Positions 8,823-19,008 of a stretch of 64,000 nt of DNA are shown piece after piece. Source of the stretch: Vulcanimicrobiota bacterium. GTDB lineage: Bacteria > Vulcanimicrobiota > Vulcanimicrobiia > Vulcanimicrobiales > Vulcanimicrobiaceae. The first letter of the stretch is position 1; each line of letters opens with the position of its first letter. The stretch spans positions 178,600-242,599 of the forward strand of contig CAVZQC010000005.1 in NCBI GenBank assembly GCA_963777315.1, given 5' to 3'. A program made the translations under genes and the position numbers. The notes under the pieces were generated by a model. It did no database searches, was not told the DNA's origin, and was given only the letters and a program-made list of their open reading frames with translations.

Positions 8823-10718
8823 CTACCGCGGCCGCACGATAACGATCGCAACGCGCGACTCGTCGGCCCACGCGGCCGCTGCAACCAGCGGACTGGTCAG
8901 GTACGCAAAGGCCTGTGCGATCTCGGCGCGCGAGCAGCCCGCGTGCGTGCCGTTGGCGGCCAGTTTCGCGTCGACGAGCGCGATCGCCACGTCTGCGGTA
9001 ATCGACGCCGCATCCGACCGCGCATTTCCTTGCGCAGCCGTGAGTTGCATCTGCCATCCCTCGCTTCGCAGATAGCTGCAGATAATCGTTAAGCGCTTCA
9101 CGCTGCCGTGTTGGCGTGCCCACAGCAATTCGCCAACGCGATCCGCTGCCAAGCCCGGCGCAAGCATGTCGCGCAGTTCGACGGCGGTAGCGCCGGCGCC
9201 GAGCAGTTGCTGGAGATCCCGGACGGTCCACGCGCTCACGCCGTGTTGTTGTAGTTCCGACGTGAATTCCAGTTCGCCGGGAAAGTCCGGGCCGACGATC
9301 GTGCAATACTGCGCGCCGTACGCATCGCGATACTTGCTGGCTTCAAAGCAGTCCGGCTGCGTGACTTGAGAGCGCGCGGTTTTGCACTCGAGCATGACGC
9401 GGTACTGCAGCGGGCCCAGCACCGCGTCTGCGTAGCCGTCCGGAGCATCGTTTCCGCCCAAGTGCGTCGCGCGAAAGCCCAGCATCGTAAACGCATCGCA
9501 AACCGCGCGTTCGAACGCAGCGGGATCGTCGCCGTGTGAGGTTTGGCTCAGCCGCGCGCACAGCTCTTCAGCGCCAGGAGCGGGCGGCGGCTGCGGCACC
9601 GCAATCGCCGGCCACGGATCCGGCGGCTCGTTGATGCGAAACCGGCGATCGTCGTCCTGCACGATCAGGGGTTTGCGCTTGCGCCCTTCGGTGCGAGCGA
9701 TGTATTCGATCAGCGCGGTATAGACGTATTTGCGGCTCGTGTGCGGCGGCAGCGTTCCATTTTTGATGGCTTCGGCTAAAATTTCGTCCGCCGACCGCGG
9801 GTGCCCGTCGCTCAGAATGGCCAGCACCGCGTTTAACACGTGACCGCGTTCCGGCGCACTCGAGGGCGTCGTCATCACCGGGTACACGCGCTGGTCGACG
9901 CGTGAGAAGCGTTGATCGTCGATGATGCGTACTTGCGCGCCGAAGACTTCGCCGGCGGTATGAAATCTTTCGGCAAAGCCAGCCGCGCCGATGCTTCCGG
10001 CCCGGACTTTTCCCACCTCGTCCCATTGCAGCGGGGCGCACACGCTCAGCCGCGCATCTCCACGCAAGGTGTACGGCAGCGCGCTAAAGCGTCGCGGCGC
10101 ATTGGAACCGACGTGAACGTGCACGCGATCGTCGTTTCGCACGTTCGGATCGGTAGTAAGCAACGATGGTGCGCGCCGTACGGCTTCATCGGCGATTTCG
10201 TGCAGCCACGCCCGCACGGGCGCGTATTCCGGTGCATCGCAGAACGGCAGCCACAGGCCCATTCCCCGCGCGCCGGCCAGGACCGGAATGGAACGAACCT
10301 CGCGCTCAACAAGGACCTGGTGTATCGCGCGCGCTGCATCGTCCAACATGGGCGCGGCGGCCGTGGCATCCAACTCCAACAGAATGCGCGCGAACCGCAG
10401 GCGAAGCGGGTCGTTCGCCGTGGGCGTCCAGCTGTGAAATTCGACGGCGGAATCGCGGTGGCAGAGCCACAGCAGCGCGTTGGCGCTCAGTCCGACGTAG
10501 CAATCGCGCACGCCGCCGACGTCGACCTGCACCGATGCAATGGTTTTCGGCAGAGGCTTCGAAGTGGGGCCGTGCCATTGAGGCGTTGCGCTAAAGCCGT
10601 GGGGAAAACTGACCGCAACGACGGGAATCGCTCCGAAGAGGCGCTCGAGGAGCGGCGCCACGAGATCGTAGTGCGCCAGGACGGGAACCGTCGATGGTTC
10701 GTGCTGCAAGACATCCAT
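8823..10718 (-). CDS. Fusion: degenerate LigD-Pol/PrimPol domain + winged-HTH (HARE-like) + PD-(D/E)xK (Mrr-like) nuclease
   Basis: N-terminus aligns by eye with the PrimPol at 13707-14678 (HYDLVAP, PYTLR...VCAPLQWDEV); C-terminus has FERAVCDAFTMLGF...PDG...LECK. Confidence 0.7.
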   Translation of the reverse strand: MDVLQHEPSTVPVLAHYDLVAPLLERLFGAIPVVAVSFPHGFSATPQWHGPTSKPLPKTIASVQVDVGGVRDCYVGLSANALLWLCHRDSAVEFHSWTPTANDPLRLRFARILLELDATAAAPMLDDAARAIHQVLVEREVRSIPVLAGARGMGLWLPFCDAPEYAPVRAWLHEIADEAVRRAPSLLTTDPNVRNDDRVHVHVGSNAPRRFSALPYTLRGDARLSVCAPLQWDEVGKVRAGSIGAAGFAERFHTAGEVFGAQVRIIDDQRFSRVDQRVYPVMTTPSSAPERGHVLNAVLAILSDGHPRSADEILAEAIKNGTLPPHTSRKYVYTALIEYIARTEGRKRKPLIVQDDDRRFRINEPPDPWPAIAVPQPPPAPGAEELCARLSQTSHGDDPAAFERAVCDAFTMLGFRATHLGGNDAPDGYADAVLGPLQYRVMLECKTARSQVTQPDCFEASKYRDAYGAQYCTIVGPDFPGELEFTSELQQHGVSAWTVRDLQQLLGAGATAVELRDMLAPGLAADRVGELLWARQHGSVKRLTIICSYLRSEGWQMQLTAAQGNARSDAASITADVAIALVDAKLAANGTHAGCSRAEIAQAFAYLTSPLVAAAAWADESRVAIVIVRPR

Positions 10719-10808
10719 ATCAGGCGCCTACTTGGCTGCCGGTTGTCTGCTTACCTGCCTGCTCCGTCGAGTTCCTGGCGCCCCGTCCCATGCGGGTACA
10801 GAGTCTGC

Positions 10809-11849
10809 GTGAACCTGGGAATCGGTTTGGACTTTCCCCCGATGGAAGCGCAGACGGCCAAGTCGCTGCCGCATGAGCCCAACTACCAATTCGAGCCCAA
10901 ATGGGATGGGTTTCGCGCGTTGTGCTTCAGGGACGGCGACGACGTGGCCCTGCAATCGAAATCCGGCCAGTCGTTGGCGCGCTACTTTCCCGAACTGGTG
11001 GCGGCGACAAAAGCGCTCAAGTGCGAGCGCTTCGTCATCGACGGCGAGATCGTCGTGCCGGTCGAGGATCGCTTGGACTTCGATCAGTTGCTGCAGCGCA
11101 TCCACCCTGCCGCCAGCCGCGTCTCGATGTTGTCGGCTCGATACCCCGCAACGTATGTCGTTTTCGATATCCTCGTCGACGAGCGCGCAAAACCGTTGTA
11201 TCAGTTACGGTTGAACGAACGTCGCTCCGCTCTGGACGACTTCGCGCACAAATTTCTGCAAGATCAGCCGAGGTTCAAGTTGTCTCCGGTAACCGCAGAC
11301 CGCCGAGTCGCCGAACGGTGGTATTCGTCCGTCGGCGGAGCTTTAGACGGCGTTATCGCCAAGCGTACGGACATTGCGTACTCTTCCGGCGACCGCCGCG
11401 GGATGCTCAAGATAAAGCGGCTGCGAACTGCCGATTGCGTGGTGGGCGGTTTTCGCCTGGCAAACGACGGAGCCTCGCTCGGCTCGTTGCTGCTGGGTCT
11501 CTACGACGGCGACGGCGCGCTCGACTACGTCGGTTTCACATCCGGCTTTTCCGCCGCGGAGAAGAAGTCGCTATTGAAAAAGCTGAACGATCTCAAGACC
11601 GACGTCTCGTTCACGGCGCGCACGCCCGGCGGTCCGAGCCGGTGGAACCGCGGCAAAGAAACGGCGTGGGTTCCGGTCAAACCTTCGATCGTTTTGGAGG
11701 TCGAGTTCGATCACGTCAGCGGCGGACGTTTTCGCCACGGAACGCGGCCGCTGCGCTTCCGTCCCGATAAATCCCCAAAGCAGTGCACGATGGAACAGCT
11801 GAATCAGCCGATCGGCACATCGCCGTTTTCGCTCGCCGCCGCGGACTAA
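10809..11849 (+). CDS. ligC: ATP-dependent DNA ligase, LigC-like
   Basis: EPKWDGFR, IDGEIV, FDIL, DGVIAK, LKIK, RFRH...RFRPDK; GTG start at 10809. Confidence 0.88.
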   Translation: MNLGIGLDFPPMEAQTAKSLPHEPNYQFEPKWDGFRALCFRDGDDVALQSKSGQSLARYFPELVAATKALKCERFVIDGEIVVPVEDRLDFDQLLQRIHPAASRVSMLSARYPATYVVFDILVDERAKPLYQLRLNERRSALDDFAHKFLQDQPRFKLSPVTADRRVAERWYSSVGGALDGVIAKRTDIAYSSGDRRGMLKIKRLRTADCVVGGFRLANDGASLGSLLLGLYDGDGALDYVGFTSGFSAAEKKSLLKKLNDLKTDVSFTARTPGGPSRWNRGKETAWVPVKPSIVLEVEFDHVSGGRFRHGTRPLRFRPDKSPKQCTMEQLNQPIGTSPFSLAAAD

Positions 11850-11964
11850 GGCTCTACTTCACAATAATGTCGACTTTGCTCTTCGATAGCTTCGATTGCG
11901 CTCGTTCCTTCAAAGACGCGCATTTGGTCGCCTTTTGCGCTGGTCTCCGCCCCGAGTGTATTCG

Positions 11965-13524
11965 TTATGGCGCTGCGAAAGTTAGATCGCTTGCATAGCC
12001 GCTGGCAAAGTTGCCGCTCGTGAAGACCTGATTACCATCTGTGTCGTAGACTTGTATAATGCCCTGACCCGAAACGTACAGATGCGAATTGCTCGGATCG
12101 AACGCGACCCATCTCGGGAAATGAAGGTTGGCGAACGATCCGCTCGTCGTAATTGCGTTACCGTTCCGATCGTAGACCAAGAGCGTGGGAGGACTAAAGT
12201 TGTAGATCGCTGCGTACACCCGGCCCTTGAGATCGAACGCGGTGTCTACGGCACCGGTGCTGTTTGGGAAGGATCCGGCCGTGGTGATTTGGTTGCCATT
12301 CTCATCATAAGCCCTGATCGGTTGATCGAATTCTAAGTACAAACGGCGCGTAGTCGGATCAAACGAAATGCCGGCTGATACTCCCTGATCTGCGAATGAA
12401 CCCGGCGACGGGAGTTGTTCGCCGTTCTGATCATAGACTGTGATGAAATCGCTGTTTGAAATATAATTCGAAATGTACAATCGGCCCTTGCTGGAGTCAA
12501 CGGCAAGGTCCTGAGAGAATTCGGTGTTTGGAAACGATCCGGTGGTCGAGACTTGATTGCCGTTCTGATCGTAAACCGCAATCGAGTTGGTCCTGGTCGC
12601 CCCATTGCTGTTCAGCACATACAGGTGACCGTTGAGCGAGTCGAAATCAATGGCGTACGGTTCAATGAGATCCAAGAACGGCCCAGTCGTCACAATTCTG
12701 TTGCCGTTCTCATCGTAGACCATTATCGTGTCACTTGTGGTGTTGGTCACGTAGAGCGCCGGGGTCGGTGCGAGCAGCGCTTGCCCGGTGCAGCCGCAGC
12801 TGTGGAGAGTCGCCGTCACGATGCCTGGCGCGTTGGGTTCGGCCATAGCAATGGGCAGGAAGCTGAAGACGTTACCGCCCAACGGCGTTATTTTTACGAC
12901 GTTCGAGGTGAGCGTTATCGAGGACGCGTTGTCCGGGCTGACGATCGCGTTGCCGTCGGCATCCTCCGGAGTCACGGCGAATTTTTCCGCCTGCGGGCCG
13001 ACGAGCTCGTAAACGTTTTTGTTTGCCTGCGTAATGGGAATCACGAACGGCTGAGAGCCGCTCGGCGCCAGCACAATTTTCGTGCACAAGCCCTCGAGTA
13101 AGGCGGTGATCGCGTTGCTTTGCCCGGCAATGATTCGCCGTCCGACCGTTACCCATGCAAGAAGCTTGCCGGCGCCGTTTGGTTGATCCCAAGCCTCGAT
13201 CAGGAACGAGTCGGTACCGGGCGGGGCGTCGATAGTGATGGTTGTCGTTGCCGCCGCCGCCCGGGACGGTGGCGCATTCGCAACGACGGTAGGCTTCGTT
13301 GCATTGTTGACCGTAATGGAAACGCTCCGCGTCGAGGCCGAGACGGAGCCGACTCCCGTTGGCGCCCCCCAATGCATGGTGAACGTAGCACTCGTCGTAC
13401 CGGGACGCTCACCGCCACTGCTCGCCGGCGGAGGAATCAAGGGCGAGCCGGTACTCCCATGTGAGCACGCCACCAACAGCGCAATTACAAGTGCCCCAAA
13501 GATGGCCCGAAAATTTGTTGCCAC
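11965..13524 (-). CDS. Lipoprotein with Ig-like N-terminus and a 6-repeat (NHL-like) beta-propeller
   Basis: LLVAC lipobox; six copies of (V/A)YDx(N/D)G(N/E)xxxxxGxF. Confidence 0.75.
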   Translation of the reverse strand: MATNFRAIFGALVIALLVACSHGSTGSPLIPPPASSGGERPGTTSATFTMHWGAPTGVGSVSASTRSVSITVNNATKPTVVANAPPSRAAAATTTITIDAPPGTDSFLIEAWDQPNGAGKLLAWVTVGRRIIAGQSNAITALLEGLCTKIVLAPSGSQPFVIPITQANKNVYELVGPQAEKFAVTPEDADGNAIVSPDNASSITLTSNVVKITPLGGNVFSFLPIAMAEPNAPGIVTATLHSCGCTGQALLAPTPALYVTNTTSDTIMVYDENGNRIVTTGPFLDLIEPYAIDFDSLNGHLYVLNSNGATRTNSIAVYDQNGNQVSTTGSFPNTEFSQDLAVDSSKGRLYISNYISNSDFITVYDQNGEQLPSPGSFADQGVSAGISFDPTTRRLYLEFDQPIRAYDENGNQITTAGSFPNSTGAVDTAFDLKGRVYAAIYNFSPPTLLVYDRNGNAITTSGSFANLHFPRWVAFDPSNSHLYVSGQGIIQVYDTDGNQVFTSGNFASGYASDLTFAAP

Positions 13525-13706
13525 AAAGCCCTCCGCAGCGCACGACCGCTCATATCAGCATAGGGTCGCGCAGGTCCAACGGGCCAGGGCCGGATGGTAC
13601 TTTAGCCCGAAGCATCGGACCTATGATCTCTTGAAGGATCAAATGTTCAATCTGGTACCGACGTACCGCGCGATGCGGCACCGCAACTCCGCACAAATCG
13701 AACGTT

Positions 13707-14678
13707 CTAGCGCGATTCAACACCGTCCAGCAATTCTTGCAAGTCATAGCGTCCGCGCTCTACGGTCAGCGGCTTCCACAAATCGCCCAGCTTGCCGATT
13801 CGGTCGGGAACGTTGAGCATCGTGAAGTCCTCCGTTTCGATACCGCGTTCGACTTCTTCCCACGTTACCGGGGTCGACACGCTGGCGGCAGGCGTCGGAC
13901 GCGCGGAGTAGATCGATGCGAGCGTTGCGCCGAGCCTGTTTTGGTTGTAATCGAGCAGCACGTGATTCCGCGGACGTTTTTGCACCTTGTATTCCGCAGT
14001 CAGAATGTCGGGATGCGCCTTGGCCAGTTCGAACGAAATACGCTTTGCCAGCGCCCAAACGTCGTGCTGGCGAGGCCCGTGTGCGATCGCTACGTACAAA
14101 TGCATGCCGTGGCCGCCCGAAGTCTTGGCGTAAACCTTCATGCCCAGCGCGCGGAGCGCATCGTTGACGATGAGCGCGGATTCGCGCACCGCCGAGAACG
14201 GTGCACCGAACGGATCGAGATCGAAATGCAGATACTCCGGCCGATCCGAGGTCGCGCAGCGCGCGTACCACGGGTTGAGATCGATGCAGCCCAGGTTGAT
14301 CACCCACAACAGCGAGGCCAGGTCTTGCACCATCGGAAAATCGATGACGTTGCCCGAACCGTGTTCGATCGAGCACGTCTCTATCCAATCGGGCCGCGTC
14401 GACGGAGCGCGCTTCATGAAGAAGAAGTCGCCCGCGATGCCGTTGGGATAGCGTTTCATCACCATCGCTTTATGGCGCACGTGCGGCACCAGCACCGGCG
14501 CGACGCGAGCGTAATAGGTGAGAAGATCGCGTTTGGTCAGCCCGAGCTGCGGCCAAAATACTTTGTTGAGGTTGGTCAGGCTCAAGCGCTTGCCGTCGAC
14601 CTCGACCGTAGCGCTGTCCCCTTGTGGCGGTATCGGGGTCGTGCGGATGCTCATGTCTTTGCGTACGTTCCCGCTCAT
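13707..14678 (-). CDS. Stand-alone LigD polymerase domain (Prim-PolC-like)
   Basis: LTNLNKVFWP, RYPNG, HFDLDP, KTSGGHGMH, LDYNQN, VSTPVTWEE. Confidence 0.9.
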   Translation of the reverse strand: MSGNVRKDMSIRTTPIPPQGDSATVEVDGKRLSLTNLNKVFWPQLGLTKRDLLTYYARVAPVLVPHVRHKAMVMKRYPNGIAGDFFFMKRAPSTRPDWIETCSIEHGSGNVIDFPMVQDLASLLWVINLGCIDLNPWYARCATSDRPEYLHFDLDPFGAPFSAVRESALIVNDALRALGMKVYAKTSGGHGMHLYVAIAHGPRQHDVWALAKRISFELAKAHPDILTAEYKVQKRPRNHVLLDYNQNRLGATLASIYSARPTPAASVSTPVTWEEVERGIETEDFTMLNVPDRIGKLGDLWKPLTVERGRYDLQELLDGVESR

Positions 14679-15316
14679 GCCGCGCCGAGATAGCGCAGCA
14701 GCCAGCCCTGCGCGAGCTGCGCCACCCGTTCAAGCGCGCCTTGCTCCTCGAACAGATGCCCCGCACCGGGAACCACGGCAATCTCGCACGCAGCGTGCAT
14801 CTGCGAGGCGGCGCGCCGGTTGAGATCGATCACGACCGGATCGTTCTCGCCCACGATGAGCAGCGTCGGAGCGTGCACGTCGCCCAGCGCCGCGCCGGCC
14901 AGATCCGGACGGCCTCCGCGCGAAACGACGGCGGCCACATCCTTACGTCCGGCCGCCGCAAGCAGCGCGGCACCGGCTCCCGTGCTTGCTCCAAAATATG
15001 CGACCGGCAGCGTGGACAGACGGTCGTCGTTTCTGCACCATGCCGCCGCGAGATCGACGCGGCGCGCCAGCAGCGAAATATCGAACCGCAGGCTCGCCGT
15101 ACTGCGGTCCAGCTCTTCCTCGCGCAACGTAAGCAGATCCATCAGCAGCGTTGCAAAGCCCCGTTCGTTCAGCTGCTCTGCTACGAAACGATTGCGGGGG
15201 CTGTGGCGCCCGCTGCCGCTGCCGTGTGCGAAGATCACGACGCCGTGCGCGCCGGGCGGCACGGTGAGCGTGCCGGCAAGCCGTTCGCCGTCGCTCGGTA
15301 CGACGATCTCAAGCAT
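14675..15316 (-). CDS. Dienelactone hydrolase-family alpha/beta hydrolase
   Basis: FAHGSGSGRHSPRN, GASTGA, SRGGRPDLA, GAGHLFEE. Confidence 0.85.
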   Translation of the reverse strand: MLEIVVPSDGERLAGTLTVPPGAHGVVIFAHGSGSGRHSPRNRFVAEQLNERGFATLLMDLLTLREEELDRSTASLRFDISLLARRVDLAAAWCRNDDRLSTLPVAYFGASTGAGAALLAAAGRKDVAAVVSRGGRPDLAGAALGDVHAPTLLIVGENDPVVIDLNRRAASQMHAACEIAVVPGAGHLFEEQGALERVAQLAQGWLLRYLGAA

Positions 15317-15935
15317 GGAGCATTTCTCGAACCTGCTCGTCGGTCGTTTGGGTAAAATCGGTGTACCATGCCCCAACGCCGCGAAACGGGCGTGGCGTCG
15401 CAACGCAGACGACGTCGTCGGCATATTTCTGCAATTGCATTGCGGTATCGGCCGGCGCGACGGGAACCGCCGCGACGATGACGGCGGCAAACCGTGCGCG
15501 CATAGCCAGGATCGCCGCGTACATGCTCGCGCCGGTCGCTAAGCCGTCGTCCACCAGCAGCACGGTCCGCCCTTTTACGTCTTGGGCCGCACGCCCCCCG
15601 CGGTAAGCACGTTCGCGGCGCAAGAGTTCGCTTTCTTCGCGGCGGACGATGTCATCGATGACCGGCTGCGCCACGCACAATTCATCGATGGTCTCACGGT
15701 TGAGCACGCGTACGCCGCCCGAAGCGATCGCGCCGATGGCAAGCTCTTCGCGGCCGGGCGCACCCAGTTTGCGCACGACGAATACGTCGAGCGGCGCGCC
15801 TAAGACGCGCGCAACTTCATACGCGACCGGAACGCCTCCGCGCGGCAGTCCAAACACTCGCGTATCGGATCCGCGGTATGCAGCAAGCTTTTCGCCCAGC
15901 TGCTTTCCCGCTTCCGCGCGGTCCGCAAAAATCAC
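15309..15935 (-). CDS. Phosphoribosyltransferase-family protein
   Basis: FADRAEAG, GLPRGGVPV, VDDGLATG PRPP-binding loop. Confidence 0.87.
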   Translation of the reverse strand: MIFADRAEAGKQLGEKLAAYRGSDTRVFGLPRGGVPVAYEVARVLGAPLDVFVVRKLGAPGREELAIGAIASGGVRVLNRETIDELCVAQPVIDDIVRREESELLRRERAYRGGRAAQDVKGRTVLLVDDGLATGASMYAAILAMRARFAAVIVAAVPVAPADTAMQLQKYADDVVCVATPRPFRGVGAWYTDFTQTTDEQVREMLHA

Positions 15936-15980
15936 TATCAGCCGTTTCCCCTCTACCGGTGAGGGGAAAACAAACAGGCC

Positions 15981-16346
15981 ATGGCGCCGAGCAGTCTGCT
16001 GGAAGGCCTTCAAGAGCACCTCGACGCGATCGCCGAGCGCGACATCGATCGGTTCGCGCAGAGCTTGGCAACGGGTGACGACGTACGCTTGGTCGGCGGT
16101 GACGGGCGCATCATTCAAGGCAAGGAAAATGCCGTTGCCGCGCATCGCGACTGGTTTGCTTCCGAAGGGTGGACGTTCGATCCGCAAGTCCTGTGGACGC
16201 GTGAAGAGGCCGGTGCCGGCTGGGCGCTTACGCGCGTGGACTACACGCAAGGCGCAAGCGCTCGCCAATTTTTACTGCTGCTGCTTTTCGTGAATGAACA
16301 CGGCGTGTGGAAACTGGTGTACGACCAGAACACGCCGATACTGTGA
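15981..16346 (+). CDS. NTF2/SnoaL-like small protein
   Basis: 121 aa; DIDRFA...GKENA...WKLVYDQNT pattern. Confidence 0.65.
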   Translation: MAPSSLLEGLQEHLDAIAERDIDRFAQSLATGDDVRLVGGDGRIIQGKENAVAAHRDWFASEGWTFDPQVLWTREEAGAGWALTRVDYTQGASARQFLLLLLFVNEHGVWKLVYDQNTPIL

Positions 16347-16374
16347 AATCAAACCGGCGAGAGAGGTTACAGCT

Positions 16375-17507
16375 ATGAAAGCCGTCGTGTTTCACGGCGT
16401 AGGCGACATCCGGCTCGAAGATGCTTCCGAGCCGACGATCCAGCACGATCGCGATGCGATTCTGCAACTCACCGCCAGCGCGATTTGCGGCACCGATTTG
16501 CATTTCATTCGCGGCTCGGTTCCGGGCGTGGAAAAAGGCACGATACTGGGCCATGAAGGCGTGGGCGTGATCGCGCAGGTCGGCAAAGGCGTACGCAACC
16601 TCAAGCCCGGCGATCGCGTGGTCGTCGGATCGACGATCGCGTGCGGTTACTGCAGCTACTGCCGTAATTCGGATTTTTCCAAATGCGACAACGCCAACCC
16701 CAACGGTCCGCAGGCGACGGCCTTCTACGGCGGTCCCAAACAGAACGGACCCTTCAACGGTCTGCAGGCCGAGTACGCGCGCATTCCGTTCGCAAACGTC
16801 AATGCCCTAAAGCTTCCCGACGAAGTCAGCGACGACGACGCAATTTTGCTTTCGGATATCTTGCCGACCGCCTATTTCGGTGCCGACATGGCCGGCATCA
16901 AGCCCGGGCGAACCGTCGCGGTGCTGGGGTGCGGGCCGGTGGGCCAGATGGCAATCGCCTGCGCCAAGCTCATGGACGCCGGGCGCATCATCGCAGTGGA
17001 CTCCGAACCCGATCGAATGGAAGTCGCCCGCGGTCAGGGCGCCGAGGTGAGCTTACCGGCGGCATCGGCGTCGATCGCGTCATCGACTGCGTCGGTATCG
17101 ACGCCGACAAAGACCGGCACGGCAGTACGCAGTGGCGCAAGGGAAATGCGCCGCAGATGCCGTTGAACGGCGCCATCGAGATGATCGCCAAAGCCGGCAC
17201 GGTTTCGGTGGTCGGGGTGTATCCGGCGGGGTTCAAGGAATTCGATTTCGGCAAGGCCTTCGGCAAGAACCTCACGGTGCGCATGGGCGATTGCCCGCAT
17301 CGGCGCTACCTGCCTCGCCTCATCCGCTTGGTCGCAAGCGGCGTGCTCAAGCCCTCGCGCATTCTCACCAAGCGAACGGCCTTCGGCGACGCCGTGGACG
17401 CGTACAAGGCGTTCGACACGCATAGCGCCGGGTGGCTCAAAGTCGAGCTGCTGCCCCCGGCAAGAGCCGGAGCGGCCGTCGCGCGCGGCGAGGTGGTGAC
17501 CGCTTAA
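16375..17507 (+). pseudogene. Zn-dependent alcohol/formaldehyde dehydrogenase, frameshifted near 17050
   Basis: ICGTDLH, GHEGVG, CGYCSYC, GCGPVG in one frame; ELTGGIGVDRVIDCVG...GWLKV continues in another frame. Confidence 0.8.
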
Positions 17508-17566
17508 GCGCGACGCTTGGCTGGGTATGAAGTGCACGAGCGAATCTTACTAACGAAGGGATACAT

Positions 17567-18016
17567 ATGGCGGTGACTTTGGAACAAACGCGCGGCGGTC
17601 TTCTGCAGCGTTCCGGAACGGTGGTCGGCCAGGCCGTCGATCGCGGAACCGGGCTGCTGGCCGATCGCGTCGAGCACTACACCAACGTTGCACGTGAAAT
17701 CGGTGACATTTTACGAGATCGCGGTGAACCGCAGGCCGCAGACGTCCTGCAGACGGTTTCCAAGCGCGGTACGGACGTAGCCCGCTATCTGCGCAACAAC
17801 GACGGCGTCAAGATGTGGGGCGACGTTCAGGACTTGGCCCGCGGGCGCACATGGCTGCTCACCGGCGTAGGCTTGGTCAGCGGGCTTGCGCTCGCGCGCG
17901 CCGTGCGCACGGCGGCCGGCGGAACCACCGAGGACGAGTGGCCGACCGAGCCCGCGTATCGCGAATCGTACGAGCAGCCCTACACGACGGCACGCACGAG
18001 TCGGTACGAAGAATGA
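17567..18016 (+). CDS. Hypothetical general-stress-type protein
   Basis: RBS GAAGGG; amphipathic region plus one C-terminal hydrophobic helix; operonic with the next two genes. Confidence 0.7.
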   Translation: MAVTLEQTRGGLLQRSGTVVGQAVDRGTGLLADRVEHYTNVAREIGDILRDRGEPQAADVLQTVSKRGTDVARYLRNNDGVKMWGDVQDLARGRTWLLTGVGLVSGLALARAVRTAAGGTTEDEWPTEPAYRESYEQPYTTARTSRYEE

Positions 18017-18411
18017 ACGACGATCGCCCTTCGATGGCCGATGCCCTGCGCAATCTGGGCAAAGATCTCGGCGACCTGTTCCGAGCCGAGCTTGCGATCT
18101 TCAAACAAGAAGCATCGCAGCAAATGCAAGGTCTGGCCATCGCGGGCGTATGGGTAGCGGCGGGTGCGGTGATGGGCTTGGCATTTTTGGGAGCGTTCAC
18201 GGCATTTCTGATCGTGGTGCTTTCGCTCGTGCTTGCGCCTTGGCTCGCCGCTCTGGTGATAACGATAGCGTGGGGATTTGCGGCACTTTCATTGATTGCC
18301 GCCGCAGCAATAAAACTCAAATCGATGCTCCCGTTGGAGTTCGATAAGACGACGCGTAGCGTGAAGGAGGATGTAGCATGGATCAAGAGCGGGATCGAGT
18401 CCGCCAAGTAG
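18013..18411 (+). CDS. Phage holin family / DUF1469-like membrane protein
   Basis: DLFRAELAIFKQE, two TM helices, KTTRSVKEDVAWIK. Confidence 0.75.
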   Translation: MNDDRPSMADALRNLGKDLGDLFRAELAIFKQEASQQMQGLAIAGVWVAAGAVMGLAFLGAFTAFLIVVLSLVLAPWLAALVITIAWGFAALSLIAAAAIKLKSMLPLEFDKTTRSVKEDVAWIKSGIESAK

Positions 18412-18947
18412 AAGACGCGCGCGAGCGCGTCGCCCAAGACGTCCGGTCCGTGGCCGAGAACGCCAATGTCGTGGACCGCACCAAAGAAAAAGTTCAAGGC
18501 AAAGTCGACGATGCGAAAAGCGCGGTGAGCGACAAGCTGCAAGGGGCTCGCGACAAGATCGGCAGCGCGCGCGACAAACTGAGCAGCGCCCGGGACACCG
18601 TGCAAGGCTCCGTTAGCGACATGAAGACTAATGTGACGAACAACATCGGAAATCTCAATCCGATGGAAAACCCCATCGGAATGTTGTTGGGAGGGTTAGC
18701 CGTCGGATTCCTAATCGGCTTGGCGCTTCCGGTGACGCGGTTTGAATCCGAACGCATCGGTCCCATCACCGAAGACATGAAAGGCCGCGTGAGGCAGGCC
18801 GGCACCGAAGTAATGCGCCGCGGCGGCGAAGTCATAAAGGACACGATCGAAGCCAGTAAAGAGGCGGCGACGAATTCGCTTCGCGAACAAGCCAAGGAAA
18901 TGGGCATCGGCGAGGGCGGCAACGGCTCAAGCGAAAGCCGGCAGTAA
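18378..18947 (+). CDS. DUF3618/LEA-like stress protein
   Basis: Repeated ARDK heptads; NPIGMLLGGLAVGFLIGLALP. Confidence 0.65.
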   Translation: MDQERDRVRQVEDARERVAQDVRSVAENANVVDRTKEKVQGKVDDAKSAVSDKLQGARDKIGSARDKLSSARDTVQGSVSDMKTNVTNNIGNLNPMENPIGMLLGGLAVGFLIGLALPVTRFESERIGPITEDMKGRVRQAGTEVMRRGGEVIKDTIEASKEAATNSLREQAKEMGIGEGGNGSSESRQ

Positions 18948-18953
18948 CACCAA

Positions 18954-18984
18954 GACGGCGCCTTCCAAGGCGCCGTCCTCTTTT
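18954..18984 (+). terminator. Rho-independent terminator
   Basis: GACGGCGCCT/AGGCGCCGTC stem followed by CTCTTTT. Confidence 0.7.
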
Positions 18985-19008
18985 CAGTCGAACGAAGCGC
19001 GTCTGTTT

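Noticed and set aside
9912..10808. Apparent ~300-aa N-terminal extension of the DNA ligase
   Set aside because: It is antisense to the PrimPol-nuclease gene, and ligase homology starts near 10809.
18013..18411. Holin-family gene as a prophage marker
   Set aside because: No phage genes nearby; this family is common in stress operons.
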